From an uncultured Phycisphaerales bacterium (GTDB lineage Bacteria; Planctomycetota; Phycisphaerae; Tepidisphaerales; Tepidisphaeraceae), in contig CAVWVQ010000004.1 of assembly GCA_963758525.1 (NCBI GenBank), forward strand, positions 109,993-173,992: a DNA stretch of 64,000 bases. The letters are read 5' to 3'. Below, one piece after another: positions 19,881 through 31,329 of the stretch; the first letter of the stretch is position 1; each line of letters opens with the position of its first letter. A model generated the notes under the pieces. That model was not told the origin of the DNA. It saw only the letters and a list, made by a program, of their open reading frames with translations, and ran no database searches. A program made the position numbers and the translations under genes.

Positions 19881-20735
19881 TCATTCGGGCTTCCTTGAGG
19901 GCGACTGAAACCGCTTGACCAGCGTGACCTGATTGCCCGCGTCGTTGTAGGAGAACTCATCCACCAGCCCGCGCGCGGTCAGGATTCCGAAACCGCCGTC
20001 GCGAAGGCCGAGCTTTTCGCGGATGGGGAGATGGCTCAGCGGATCATCGGGCTTGGCAGCGTGCGGCAGGTGGTCCGGATTAAAGCCGCCGCCTTCGTCT
20101 GTGATCACAAATTTCACCGAGTCTTCGCGCACCTCGTAATGAATCGTGACCGTCAGATCCCCTTGCCGGCGATTGCCCCACTCGGCGGCATTTTCAATCA
20201 TCTCCAACACCGCGTATCGAATCCGCCAGATCTGCTCTTCTGACATCGGCGTCAGCAGCAGCAGTTCACTGAGCATGTCATTGAGTTGCTCGCGATGGCG
20301 GCTGTCGCTCTGCATCTGCAACTCGACGGACGTGTGCGTCGCACGCCCCTCGCGACTTCTGCGGTGATCCAGCGCGTGCCGCAGCGCGTTGAGCAATACG
20401 TCGGGGGAGAAAGGCTTGGTGAGATAACCATCTGCCCCGACGCGCAATCCGACGGCGCGCGACTTCTCCGTGGCGGTGGCGGTGAGCATCAGCACGGGAA
20501 TGGCATTGGTCTTCCGGCTGATCTTGACGCGTTGGCAAACCTGAAATCCACTCAGCCCGGGCAGCATCAAATCGAGGATGACGGCATCGGGCGGCTGATC
20601 GGCGACGCGCTTCACCGCGTCGAGGCCGTCATGAACGCACTCGGCAGAATAACCCTCAAGCTCCAACAACCGGCAGATCAGCGAGGAGAGATCCTTGTCA
20701 TCCTCCACCACCAATATCCGCTCCAGTCGTCCCAT
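19881..20735 (-). CDS. Response regulator receiver fused to an RsbW-like HATPase (anti-sigma-type) domain
   Basis: ILVVEDD, ILDLMLPGLSG, YLTKPF; then EMIENAAEWGN, ITDEGGGF, GGFGI, YNDAGNQVTLVK. Confidence 0.9.
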   Translation of the reverse strand: MGRLERILVVEDDKDLSSLICRLLELEGYSAECVHDGLDAVKRVADQPPDAVILDLMLPGLSGFQVCQRVKISRKTNAIPVLMLTATATEKSRAVGLRVGADGYLTKPFSPDVLLNALRHALDHRRSREGRATHTSVELQMQSDSRHREQLNDMLSELLLLTPMSEEQIWRIRYAVLEMIENAAEWGNRRQGDLTVTIHYEVREDSVKFVITDEGGGFNPDHLPHAAKPDDPLSHLPIREKLGLRDGGFGILTARGLVDEFSYNDAGNQVTLVKRFQSPSRKPE

Positions 20736-21097
20736 CGCCGAGATTGTAGGACCAGACGGGAAAAACCGCATCCCTCTGCGGGTCTTGGTGACTCCGGACG
20801 TTTCCGCGCGTCTCAGTTCCGAACGCCGCGGGTCTGGTGAAGTAAATCCCCCAAATTGTCACTGCCGCCGGTTATGGATTGATTCGCCGGTACAGACGGC
20901 ACAGGCCGCGCCCCCATCAGCCGGCCGCGGGGGGGCGGGTCGTAAACCACATTTCTTTTCTCGCAAGCGGCTGTGGTGAATTGGATGTTCAGTCGCGTGG
21001 ACGGGGTTGTTTGTTGGCGTTGCCAACGCCCGTCTACCTCCCCTAGCCAGGAGGCGTCGCGCGGCGTCCGGTTGGACGCGGCCCGGCGATTCGAATT

Positions 21098-21595
21098 ATG
21101 ATGTCGCTCAAGTTATCCAAGTTGTCGAACTTTTCCGTGCCAACAATGCTGAACATGGGTTTGCGCCGCAAACGAGTTACGCTTCGACCCCTCAATGAGC
21201 CGATCGTGCTGCCGGCAGCACAGATGGTCCGGCTCATCAAGCGCGAGTGCGCCCGCATCGATCGCAACGGCCTTTCCTGTGCCTTGGCGGTCTTCACCAT
21301 CCCCGGCGGGCAAACCGTTGCCGCCAACGCCCAGAGCGTGGTCGCCGCGTTGCGCGAGCGGGCTCGGCTGACCGACGTTGTCGGCTGGCTCGACGAGAAA
21401 ACGCTTTGCGCATTCCTGACCGACGCCACGCTCGATGGCGCTGCCGCCTTTGCGACGGGCGTTCGCACGGCGATGGCCGATCGTCTGCCCACCATGAGTG
21501 CCACCGTCCATAACTACGACGGCAAGTGGGCCGCCGTCGGCGCTGAAGCGGGCGTTCCCGCCGAACCGGTGCCCGCGCTGGCAATGTCAGCGTAG
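21098..21595 (+). CDS. Stand-alone degenerate GGDEF-like protein
   Basis: KRECARIDR..LAVF, RARLTDVVGWLDEKTLCAFL.DATLDGAAAFA resembles the GGDEF fold but lacks GG(D/E)EF. Start may be about 21146. Confidence 0.6.
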   Translation: MMSLKLSKLSNFSVPTMLNMGLRRKRVTLRPLNEPIVLPAAQMVRLIKRECARIDRNGLSCALAVFTIPGGQTVAANAQSVVAALRERARLTDVVGWLDEKTLCAFLTDATLDGAAAFATGVRTAMADRLPTMSATVHNYDGKWAAVGAEAGVPAEPVPALAMSA

Positions 21596-21630
21596 ATCAA
21601 AGCGGTTGTTTCAAACACCCAGATTATCTT

Positions 21631-21715
21631 TCCCCGGTTAGCCGCGACGCGCGGCGGAGCGTTCCTCAGATCCCCCGGACAAAACGCTCCGCTGCGCGTC
21701 GCGGCTAACCGGGGA
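21631..21715. repeat. REP family E doublet
   Basis: TCCCCGGTTAGCCGCGACGCGCGGCGGAGCG ... CGCTCCGCTGCGCGTCGCGGCTAACCGGGGA. Confidence 0.88.
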
Positions 21716-21861
21716 TACCCAACGAACTCATCGATCCTGCGCCCGAAGTGGAGCCGAGAAATCGCGAGGCAGATCGTGCGCAAAAATCTTGACGTCTTCC
21801 GCAACCAAGTGCTCGCGCTGAACAACCTGATTCGTTTGGAGACGACGAGTGATCCAATTTT

Positions 21862-21915
21862 GTAGCACGGCCGTCTCGGCTGTGGCCCGAGTCACAGCTG
21901 GGACGGCTGTGCTAC
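21862..21915. repeat. REP family C doublet
   Basis: GTAGCACGGCCGTCTCGGCTGTG ... CACAGCTGGGACGGCTGTGCTAC. Confidence 0.88.
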
Positions 21916-21961
21916 GGAGGATCGCGCCCCTTGCCTGAGTTGGCATCGCGTTGCGATCGCA

Positions 21962-22399
21962 TCACGGCGCGGTCGCGGATCGAGGAAGCGGCACAATATC
22001 GCCCACATGCACCGCCGCGCTGTCGGCTGCGCCGAGGTTCAGCTCGATGGCGTATTGGGCCGGGTAATCGCTGGGAACCGTTGTGCGGTCGTACGGCTTC
22101 ATCTGATGGATCGAGACAACCCTGTCGGCATGATCCAGAAACAGGATGTCGAGCGGAAAGCGGGTGTTCTTCATCCAGAAACCGACTTCTCTTTCCTCGC
22201 TGAAAACGAAAAGCATCCCATGGTCGGGCGGCATCCCGTCGCGCTCCATCAGCCCCTTGTCCAACTGCGGCTCGGTTCGGGCGACCTCGAGATGGAACGT
22301 CTTTTGTCCGATTTTGACGTCTACGGTGCTCAACGGGCCGGCCGAACTGCATCCTCCCGCGAAAAAGAGGAATAGAGCGGTCGCTGCGGATGTGATCAA
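21962..22399 (-). CDS. DUF192 family protein (probable lipoprotein)
   Basis: EVARTEPQLDKGLMER, GMLFVF, FWMKNTRFPLDILF, YAIELNLG; FAGGC lipobox-like. TTGA overlap with the upstream stop. Confidence 0.9.
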   Translation of the reverse strand: MITSAATALFLFFAGGCSSAGPLSTVDVKIGQKTFHLEVARTEPQLDKGLMERDGMPPDHGMLFVFSEEREVGFWMKNTRFPLDILFLDHADRVVSIHQMKPYDRTTVPSDYPAQYAIELNLGAADSAAVHVGDIVPLPRSATAP

Positions 22400-22770
22400 T
22401 CGCGACGATCCGGGATTTTTGCCTGGAGCTGTGCGCGAAGACGGATGGTCAGCCTGAGGTCGATGATGGCAAGCACGAGAAGCAGCAGCAGCAAAAGACA
22501 TACGAAGATCCAGATGGCCTCGAATACGCTTGGATGTTCCTCGACATCAACCGCGTTGAACCCGGCGAAAAAGCAGACGCCCAAGCCCATCATCGCGCAA
22601 CCGCCAAGCCGTCGCAAGCGCGACCGGCGGCGGTTCAGCGCGTCGCGTTCCATTCCGGCAAGTCGAACCGTCGCCTGGGAGTAAAAGGTGTAGAACCAGC
22701 CCGCCGCGGCGATTCCGACGGCAATAGCGCCCGTGCAAATGCGAACAGCGTTCGTCGCGGATAGCGGCAT
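22396..22770 (-). CDS. Small membrane protein (3 TM)
   Basis: Three hydrophobic segments; lies in operon position between maf and DUF192. Confidence 0.7.
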   Translation of the reverse strand: MPLSATNAVRICTGAIAVGIAAAGWFYTFYSQATVRLAGMERDALNRRRSRLRRLGGCAMMGLGVCFFAGFNAVDVEEHPSVFEAIWIFVCLLLLLLLVLAIIDLRLTIRLRAQLQAKIPDRRD

Positions 22771-22783
22771 AGAACAGCGCCTC

Positions 22784-23392
22784 TCATGCTCGTGGCAGCA
22801 GCCGCGGCAGAATCCCCGCGCGGCTCAACAGCTCGCGCGTCTCGTCCATCGGCAATCCGACAATGTTAGTCAGCGATCCGGTCATGCGCGTGACAAACGG
22901 ATCGGGGTCCTGGATGCCGTACCCGCCCGCCTTCCCGCGCCAGCCGGCGGAAGCAACATAGTCGTCGATCTCACGCTCGGAAAGCAAACGCATCTGTACG
23001 CTGGAAACCACGACCTGGGTTTGCAGAAACGTTCGGTCGCTGTGGGCCACTGCAATCGCGGTGATCACCTGATGTGTTGTTCCGCCAAGCAAGCGAAGCA
23101 TCCGGCGCGCCGATTCGGCGTCAGCGGGCTTTCCTAAGATTGTCGAACCGAGAGCGACGATGGTATCCGCCGCCAATACCACGTCATGCGGATGGCGGAT
23201 CGACACAGCCTGCGCCTTTCGGCGCGCCAGGTGTTCGGCCAACTCACCGGGAGACAGCCCCGGCGGATGATCGCTTTCGTCGATGTCGGCCGGATCGATT
23301 TGAAAAAGGTACCCGCTCTCGCGCAGCAGTTGATCGCGACGAGGGGAGGCGCTGGCGAGAATGAGACGAGACGGCGGAGTCGCCGAACTCAC
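22784..23392 (-). CDS. maf: Maf family nucleoside triphosphate pyrophosphatase
   Basis: ILASASPRR, AADTIV, ILGKP, GKAGGYGIQ, NIVGLP. Confidence 0.95.
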   Translation of the reverse strand: MSSATPPSRLILASASPRRDQLLRESGYLFQIDPADIDESDHPPGLSPGELAEHLARRKAQAVSIRHPHDVVLAADTIVALGSTILGKPADAESARRMLRLLGGTTHQVITAIAVAHSDRTFLQTQVVVSSVQMRLLSEREIDDYVASAGWRGKAGGYGIQDPDPFVTRMTGSLTNIVGLPMDETRELLSRAGILPRLLPRA

Positions 23393-23981
23393 TTGTTGAG
23401 CTCAGGCTGCTTGGGAGTTCCGCTATCGGCAGCGGGCGGAGCGGGCGGCGGCGGCGCTGTCACCGCGGGCGCCTCGGCCGGAGGAGCGGGGGTTGGAGCG
23501 GCGGGCGCGGGTGCGGGGGCCGGCGCGGCATCCGACGCGGGGGCCGGGGCGCTGGCGGTTGACTGCGGCGCGGATGGCGCGGTGTTAAAGATATGCACGG
23601 CAAAGTCGCCGATCTGCGGAGCGCGATGACCGGCAGGCGGCGCGTCGTATCGCACATGGAGCCTGCCGTTCTGGATCGCGATGACCGAGCCGAGCGTCAG
23701 ATCGCTGAGAGTGTCGTCGAGGAAGGTGATCGGGTCGCCGACGCGGAAGTGTTCCGCCTGGATGTCCGCCACTGCCGCGAGATTGGATTCGGGCAGGACT
23801 GCGACGACGGAACCGATCTCGGTGTTGGGATTGGCGCGTTTGAACTGCTCGCGCGCCGCGTCCAGGGATACCGAGGCGACGGCCTGCGTTGCCGGAGCGG
23901 GCGCCGTCGCGGGCGGGCGCTTTGCGCGCATCCGGTGATCAAGCCCGAGACGATTACGATTCCTATCCAGCCTCTTTGCAT
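23389..23981 (-). CDS. Putative lipoprotein with Pro/Ala-rich tail (frameshift near 23917)
   Basis: [18 protein letters not shown] lipobox in one frame; the body continues in the 23389 frame. GGAG SD upstream. Confidence 0.7.
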
Positions 23982-24205
23982 GTGCACTCCACAAAAAAAC
24001 GCCAGTCCGGCTCGCATCGGCCCGGTCACTAACCCGTAGTAAACCAAGAAGATGCCATCCGCTGCAAGTGTCAAGTGAGTATGAGACAGCGAATTCTCCG
24101 CCCTGTCCGATAATACGCTGGAAATCCGATGCTGGCTGTCCCCGTCAAAACCGGTACAGTTACCTGCGTGATGACTGGTCTGCTTATGACTCTTGGGAAG
24201 TGGCT

Positions 24206-26026
24206 ATGACACATCTCAGTGCGTCGGGGAGTGCACGAGGTCTTGGGGAGGCTGCGGAGCGCTCAGGCCCGCCGGCGGGCAACGATCACGTTCGACGTTG
24301 GGTCGCGTCCTGTGCCAATTTATGTCAGCCCGACGAGGTCGTCTGGTGTGACGGGTCACTGGAAGAGCGGTCGGTGCTGCTCGAACAAGCCGTTCGCGAA
24401 GGGGTGATGCTTCGCCTCAATCCGGAGAAGCTTCCGGACTGCTACCTTCACCGCAGCAATCCCAACGACGTCGCACGGTCCGAGCAACTCACATTCATCT
24501 GCACTTCCAGCGAAGATCTGGCCGGCCCCACGAATAACTGGATGGAAACCCGCCAGGCCTACGCGAAGATGCGCGGCTTCTTCACCGGATGCATGAGCGG
24601 GCGGACGATGTATGTCGTGCCGTTCGTGATGGGTCCGATCGGATCACCGCTGGCGAAGGTGGGCGTCGAGCTCACCGATTCGATCTATGTCGCCATCAGC
24701 ATGCGGGCCATGACGCGCATGGGCGCGATCGCCTGGGAGCAGCTTGGCGAAAGCGATGAATTCACCCGCTGCCTCCACTCGCTGGGCGATGTGAATCCGC
24801 AGCGACGCTATATCTGCCATTTCCCGGCGGACAACACCATCTGGAGCTTCGGCTCGGGGTACGGCGGGAACGCCCTGCTTGGGAAAAAATGCCTGGCGCT
24901 GCGGATTGCCAGCTATCTCGGCCAGCAGCAGGGCTGGATGGCCGAGCACATGCTCCTGCTGGGCGCGACAGACCCGAACGGTGAAAAGACCTACGTTGCC
25001 GCCGCGTTTCCCAGCGCGTCGGGCAAGACCAACTTCTCGATGATGATCCCGCCGCAGCGATTTCAAAAAGCGGGCTGGAAGATCACGACCGTCGGCGACG
25101 ACATTGTCTGGATGTGGGTCGATCCGCAAAGCGGCAGGCTGCGGGCGATCAACCCTGAAGCCGGCTACTTTGGCGTTGTCCCCGGCACCAACGAGCAGAC
25201 TAATCCGAACGCCATGCGCTGCATGGCCCGCGACACCATCTACACCAACGTTGCGCTGCTTCCCGATGGCGACGTCTGGTGGGAAGGAAAAACTCCGCAG
25301 CCCCCCGCCGAATGCGTCGACTGGACCGGCAAACCCTGGACACCCGGCTGCGGACGACCGGCAGCGCATCCGAACAGCCGTTTCACAGCCCCGATGAAAA
25401 ATAATCCCGCGCTCGATCCCGCCGCCGAAGATCCCGCCGGCGTGCTCGTCTCCGCGATCGTCTTCGGCGGCCGTCGCTCGCGAACCATCCCCCTGGTGTT
25501 CCAGGCGTTCAACTGGATGCACGGCGTCTACATCGGCGCAACGCTCAGTTCCGAAACCACCGCCGCCGCGTCGGGCGAAGTGGGCATCGTGCGCCGCGAC
25601 CCGATGGCGATGCTTCCGTTCATTGGCTACAACATTCGCGACTACCTCGTCCACTGGTTCCAGATGCGCAAGCGGATGAAAGACTGCCCGCGCATCTTCC
25701 ACGTGAACTGGTTTCGCAAGGACGATGCCGGCCGATTCATCTGGCCCGGCTTCGGGGAAAACATGCGCGTGCTGAAATGGATTCTCGACCGCTGCCGTGG
25801 TCGTGCCTATGCAGTCGAAACGCCGCTCGGCTGGATGCCGCGCCCGGAGGATATCGATCTGGACGGAATTCCCATCACGATCGAGCAGCTCGAAGCGATC
25901 CAGACGATCCGCCATGATGAAGTGAAGAAGGAACTTTTGAGCCAGGAAGAATTGTTCCTCAAGCTCGCGGGGGATCTGCCCAAAGAGATGATCTTTCAGC
26001 GCGAGTTGCTGATCAGCCGGCTGTAA
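24206..26026 (+). CDS. pckG: Phosphoenolpyruvate carboxykinase (GTP)
   Basis: [77 protein letters not shown]. Confidence 0.97.
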   Translation: MTHLSASGSARGLGEAAERSGPPAGNDHVRRWVASCANLCQPDEVVWCDGSLEERSVLLEQAVREGVMLRLNPEKLPDCYLHRSNPNDVARSEQLTFICTSSEDLAGPTNNWMETRQAYAKMRGFFTGCMSGRTMYVVPFVMGPIGSPLAKVGVELTDSIYVAISMRAMTRMGAIAWEQLGESDEFTRCLHSLGDVNPQRRYICHFPADNTIWSFGSGYGGNALLGKKCLALRIASYLGQQQGWMAEHMLLLGATDPNGEKTYVAAAFPSASGKTNFSMMIPPQRFQKAGWKITTVGDDIVWMWVDPQSGRLRAINPEAGYFGVVPGTNEQTNPNAMRCMARDTIYTNVALLPDGDVWWEGKTPQPPAECVDWTGKPWTPGCGRPAAHPNSRFTAPMKNNPALDPAAEDPAGVLVSAIVFGGRRSRTIPLVFQAFNWMHGVYIGATLSSETTAAASGEVGIVRRDPMAMLPFIGYNIRDYLVHWFQMRKRMKDCPRIFHVNWFRKDDAGRFIWPGFGENMRVLKWILDRCRGRAYAVETPLGWMPRPEDIDLDGIPITIEQLEAIQTIRHDEVKKELLSQEELFLKLAGDLPKEMIFQRELLISRL

Positions 26027-26095
26027 CTGAATCCTTCCCCGTTCCCCTGCCAACCGCTATATCTTCACGCCGGCAGCTCACCGTGAGCGACCGCG

Positions 26096-27538
26096 ATGGA
26101 ATTTGTTCTCAAGAATGCCCGGGAAAGCATCCGGATGTCGACAGGCCCAAAGGACCAACTCGAATCAGCCGATGCAGGGCGTACCCTTATGTCCGCCGTC
26201 GACGCACCAATTACGCTTTTGCCGGAAGTTCCGCCCGTTCCGTCCTCTGGCGGTTTGTTGAAAAAGCTTGCGTCTAAAGGGGTCTGGGCGCTGGCCGATC
26301 AGGCGGTTGTCAGCATCGGCAACTTTGTCACGGTGATTCTGGTCCTTCGCAATCTCACGAACGCCAGTGAGGTGGCGCTTTTCAGAATCTGCTGGAGGTG
26401 CTGCTGTTTCTCAACGGGCTTCAGCAGGCACTGGTGATCTACCCAATGCTCGTCCGCGGCGCGGTGCTGGATGAAGCCGCCATGCAGCGCCTGGCCGGCG
26501 GGTGTCTCATTGCCACCGGAATTCTCTGTGTTCCACTGGCAATCGGAATGCTCGGCACGTCAGTCGCGCTGTATGTGTTTGGAAGCTCCGTTCATTTCGC
26601 GGCCGCGCCCCTGTTCATCTGGGCGCCGCTCGCGCTGATCTTTCAGCAGTTGCAGGAATTGATTCGCCGCGCGATGCTGGCGCACCTCCGATTTGCCGCC
26701 GTCATTCCCGGCGACGCGATCAGCTATGTTGGGCAGGCTGTGTTGCTGCTCGCACTGGGACATCGACTGACGCTTCCGCTCACCTTCGCCGTCATGGCGG
26801 TCACCTCCGCCGCGGCCGCGATCTTGCAGTCATGGCAGCTTGGCCCGCGCAGGTTTCCGCTCTCCGAATTTAAGGCGCTGCTGATCGACTTCTGGACGCT
26901 CAGCCGATGGGTGCTGTTTGCCAACCTCGGGTCGCTGGTCACTGGCAACAGCTATACCTGGATGCTCACCTTCACCTGGGGACTGGCACCGTCGGGCTAC
27001 TTCGGGATCATTGCGAATCTTGCAAAACCGATCAACCCGCTGACCACCGCGCTCAACGGATTGATCATTCCATCGGTCTCACGGGCCCGCGGGTGGCGGA
27101 ACACAATTCGCCATGCGGATCGGAATGCGATACGCCCTGCTCGGCGGCGCCGCGCTGGCGGTCTACTTCGCAGTTCTCGAATTGATCCCCGCCAGGTGCA
27201 TGCACCTGATGTACGGCAAGACGTTTGATCCTGAGCTGCCGAACTTCCTGCGTATTCTGGTTTGCAGTTGGATGCTGCTGTTCATCACGAGCATGGTCGT
27301 GGCGATTCTCAATGGACTCGGATACAGCCGTGTCAATTTCCTGACGACACTCGCAAATGCAGTGGTGACCGTCTGCGTTTCCCTGCCATTGATCTACAAG
27401 CTTGGGCTGGAGGGAACCATCCTTGGCGGACTGCTCGCAACCGCGGCTGCGACAACCGTTGCGGTGTACTGCTTTATCCGCCATCACAACGATGCGCCGC
27501 ATCATTCGGATACACCACGGGTTGCCGCGGCAACTTGA
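26096..27538 (+). CDS. Wzx/MATE-like polysaccharide flippase (frameshifts near 26380 and 27090)
   Basis: GVWALADQAVVSIGNF N-terminus and many TM segments spread across three overlapping ORFs. Confidence 0.75.
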
Positions 27539-28401
27539 TCACCGCTGGGCTTTTCAGCCACGCGCTGCATCCATGCAAGAATGTCGCCGAAGACGGCTTC
27601 CCTGTGCGTCTCCCGAAGCAGCTCGTGCAAAAAACCGGGATATCGGATGAGCTTCTTGCGGCGCGAAGCGGCGGCTTCGTGAAAGTTCACCACCGCGGCA
27701 GGGAGCGCCACCGGATCGGCTTCGCCGGTTAGACAAAGCAGCGGCAGGTTGAACTCCGCCCCGCGGGTTCGCGCCACCTTCTGCACCGCCAGCATCGAGA
27801 CGTACCACCTCGGCGTGGCCGTTCTCAATAACAACGGATCGGCGCGTGATTCGGCGAGCATTTGCTGGTCGCTCGTGATCCATGTCTCGCGCATCCCCGA
27901 CGCAAACCGCGCCCATGGCATCAGCAATCCGACAGCCCGCGCCAATGCCAGCCGGCTTCGTGACACGGGAACGCCGCTCTCCAGATAAGGCGCGCAGAGG
28001 ATCACTCCGTCGGCGGTGAGCATCCGCCGAATCACGCCCATCGACAGGATGAGTCCCCCATGACTGTGACCGAGAATAAACCTCGGCTCCGTCCCCCCGC
28101 TCAGTTTCTCCTCTTCCTCCAGCGACGCGGCCGCGTCCTCCAGAAACTCATCCCATCGGCGGACGAATCCGCGGCGCCCTGATGCCTTGCCGTGTCCGCG
28201 TTGATCAAACGCATGACACGCGACGCCGCGCGCCGCGAACCACCGCATGACATGAAGGTATCGCCCGCTGTGTTCTCCGTAGCCGTGGAAGAAGATCAGC
28301 CGGGACCATTGCGGACCTTCGGGAAAGATGGATCGTCGATGCAGTCGAACTTTGCCGGCGGGAAAGTCTGCGTCTTCTTCTTTCAACGCAATCGAGCCCA
28401 T
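27502..28401 (-). CDS. Lysophospholipase / monoacylglycerol lipase (alpha/beta hydrolase)
   Basis: HGYGEHSGRY, FDQRGHGKA, GHSHGG, GEADPV, HELLRE. Confidence 0.92.
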   Translation of the reverse strand: MGSIALKEEDADFPAGKVRLHRRSIFPEGPQWSRLIFFHGYGEHSGRYLHVMRWFAARGVACHAFDQRGHGKASGRRGFVRRWDEFLEDAAASLEEEEKLSGGTEPRFILGHSHGGLILSMGVIRRMLTADGVILCAPYLESGVPVSRSRLALARAVGLLMPWARFASGMRETWITSDQQMLAESRADPLLLRTATPRWYVSMLAVQKVARTRGAEFNLPLLCLTGEADPVALPAAVVNFHEAAASRRKKLIRYPGFLHELLRETHREAVFGDILAWMQRVAEKPSGDQVAAATRGVSE

Positions 28402-28636
28402 TTCGACTGCACCGCTTTCATGCGATCGCCTTGCATGCACACCGCTCAAAACGCCCTTCCTTTAGCTGCCGAGACGCGGCCAACGGCCCCCGGAATACCA
28501 CAAAGATCGCTATTCCAAACTAAAACCGCTCAAAAGGGGGAAGGCAACCCGCGCCCGTGCCGTCCCCAAACCCTACTGCTAGCCCCTTCTTACATGGGTC
28601 CGCAAGATATGGACACATTTTTATGATGCTAACAAC

Positions 28637-28656
28637 TTATCCACAGGATATTCACA
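28637..28656 (+). promoter_or_regulatory. Possible tandem DnaA boxes
   Basis: TTATCCACA (exact consensus) followed 2 nt later by ATATTCACA (1 mismatch), in a locally AT-richer divergent intergenic region. Confidence 0.3.
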
Positions 28657-28772
28657 TCCGGGGGCGATAGTCCCTCAAACGCCCTGCCCCGGGGATGGAG
28701 CCCCGAGCGAGCATTCAAGGAATGCGGCAGCGACTTTTTCTGGCCGCCGCCGCGGGAATGGAGCAGGCCACG

Positions 28773-31329
28773 ATGAAAAACCACAGTTGCCCCCAGGGTC
28801 CCAAGCGCGCCGATCTGCACTGCCACAGCGTTGCCAGCACCGAAGCTGACGAGGCGGCACTGATCGCGATCGGCTGTCCCGAAAGTTTCAGCGCGCCATC
28901 CGACGTTTATGCCCAGGCGCAAAGCCGCGGCATGGACTTCTTCACCATTACCGACCACGACTCGGTGGAGGGCGTCGCCCAGATTCTCGACCGCCCCAAT
29001 GTACTGACCGGCGAAGAGCTGACCTGCTATTTCCCCGAAGACGGTTGCAAGATGCACGTTCTGCTGTGGGGACTGACCCGCGAGGACCATGCCGCGGTGC
29101 AGGCAGTTGCGTCAGATATTTACGAAGTGGCGCGATATGTCGAAGAGCGGAATCTCGCCCATGCCGTCGCACACCCGGTCTACCGTCAGAACGACGTGCT
29201 GGAGCGCTGGCACCTCGAACGACTGATCCTTTTATTCAAGGGCTTTGAGTGCCTCAACGGAGCGCACAGCCCGGCTCATCGCGATGCGTTTGAGCCGCTC
29301 ATCGACGCGCTGACTCCGCAGACGATCGATCTTCTGGCGCGCCGGCACAAGCTGCCGGTGCGGTGGAACGAGCCGTGGAAGAAGACGCGGACTGGTGGAA
29401 GCGACGACCACGCGCTGCTCAACGTCGGCCGGACGTGGACTGAATTCCCGGCAGAATGCTCCACGACTGACGATCTGCTCGACTGCATTCGCACAGCCCG
29501 CTGCCAGCCGGGCGGCGAGGCGGGATCGAGCCTCAAGCTTGCCCACAATTTTCTGGGCGTCGCTGTTCGCTATGTCGGGCAGGGATTGGTCAAGAATGAC
29601 AAGTTGCAGATGCTGGTTGGGAACGGACGGCCTTTGCGGAAGCGCGATCTGATCTCGATGGTGGTAAAGGGCAAGCTGCGCCGGGTCGGCCGGCGGGTCC
29701 GCCGCGGAATCACGCGCGGTTTCGGCGGCGCATCGCAGTCGCGGGGCGGGACGGCAATGCTTGCCGATCTCTTTGAAGCATCGATCGCATCGCGGCTCAC
29801 GCAACATCCAGCAATCTGCGAAGCGATCAAAGCGGGCCGGGCGCCCTTGGCCGAGCACGAAGCGATGTTCAGCCTGATGGGAGGCGCTGAATCGTGACGT
29901 GACGCAGGGGATCTTCGCGGCCATCAGCGCGGGAATTGAGCAGGGCGATCCCGCGCCAGTCTTCGATTCGCTCTCCGCGATCGCCGGCCAGCAGTTGCTG
30001 CTGCTCCCCTACTACTTCGCGCTCTTTCACCAGAACCGCGAACGCGAGCATTTCCCCCGCATCACCGGCTATGGCGCTGACGCGAAAGCCACCGCACTCC
30101 GCGTGGGACTCTTCACCGATGACCTGGATGGGAACGGCGATCTGCCGCGCTTCACGCGGTCGGTTGCGCTTGCGGCCCATCGCCGCGGCCTGAGCCTCAG
30201 CGTGCAGACCTGCTGTGAGAACCCTTCCTCGCACGAAAATTGGCGGAAGAACTTCAAGCCGCTTGCTTCGGCTCCCCTGCCGATGGGCGGGCGAACAGTC
30301 TCACTGCCGCCGATTGCCGAGGTGCTGGAATGGGCAGACCGTCAGCAGTTTGACGTGATTCATGCGGAAACGTGCGGGCCGATGGGAATGCTCGCGTGGG
30401 TGGTGGCGAAGATGCTGCGCGTGCCGTTCGTCGCGGCATTTCAGGTCGATCTGCCCGGCATCGTGCGGACCGCGACCGGTGACTTTCGCCTTGCGATGTC
30501 GGTGAAGGCTGCGGCGACCTGGTTCTATCAGCAGGCCGACACGGTGCTGACGCGCAGCCGACGCTCGCAGGTGCTGCTTGAGTCGCTGGGCGTCGATCCC
30601 CGCAAAATGTCGATTCTTCCGGCCGAATTTGATTCGACTCTTTTCCAACCGCTGCAAACCGACGCCGGTTACTGGCAACGGCGTGGCGTGCATGAGCCAC
30701 GCACGCTCCTCTTCCGCGGCTCGGTTGCGACCGAAGAAAACCTGCCGCTCCTTGCCGACGCGTTTGAACGGCTTTGCAAAATTCGTCGCGACGTCGCATT
30801 GATTGTCATGGGTGACGGCCCGTATCTGACCGCCATGCAGTCGAAGCTGAAGGACCTGCCCGCCTATTTCAATCCGACATCTCCTGATGCGATCGACACT
30901 CGGCACTCTCCCGCCGCCGACTATGCCGCCAGTGATTTATTCGTCTTCCCATCCGCCATTGAGTGCGCCGCCCAAAGTGTCATTGAGGCACAGGCATGCG
31001 GCCTTGCGGTGCTGGTGAGCGATCAGGGCGCTTCCTCGGAGATGATGGACGACGCCGTCAGCGGAATGGTCCTTTCCGCAAGCAAACCGCGGGAATGGGC
31101 CGAGGCGATCAATGCGTTGCTTAACGATGAGCAGCGTTGTCAGCGCATGTCGCGCACGGCGCCGCAGCGCATGACGCGATTTGCCCGCTCGCGCGTCTTT
31201 GAGACGCTCTGGGACCAATACGCAACTGCGGCTACGGCCCATCTCGAACGATGCGGCGCGGTGGCCAGACCGGACGCGTCCGCCCCGGCGCGTCGCTCTG
31301 CTTCCGATATCGAGGTAACCACCCTATGA
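28773..31329 (+). CDS. PHP phosphoesterase domain - GT4 glycosyltransferase fusion (frameshift near 29885)
   Basis: DLHCHS, TITDHDS, AHP, ECLNG, GGSDDH (PHP); then FDVIHAETCGPMG and DLFVFPSAIECAAQSVIEAQACG (EX7E). The downstream ORF has no start of its own with an SD and joins by a small shift. Confidence 0.82.
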
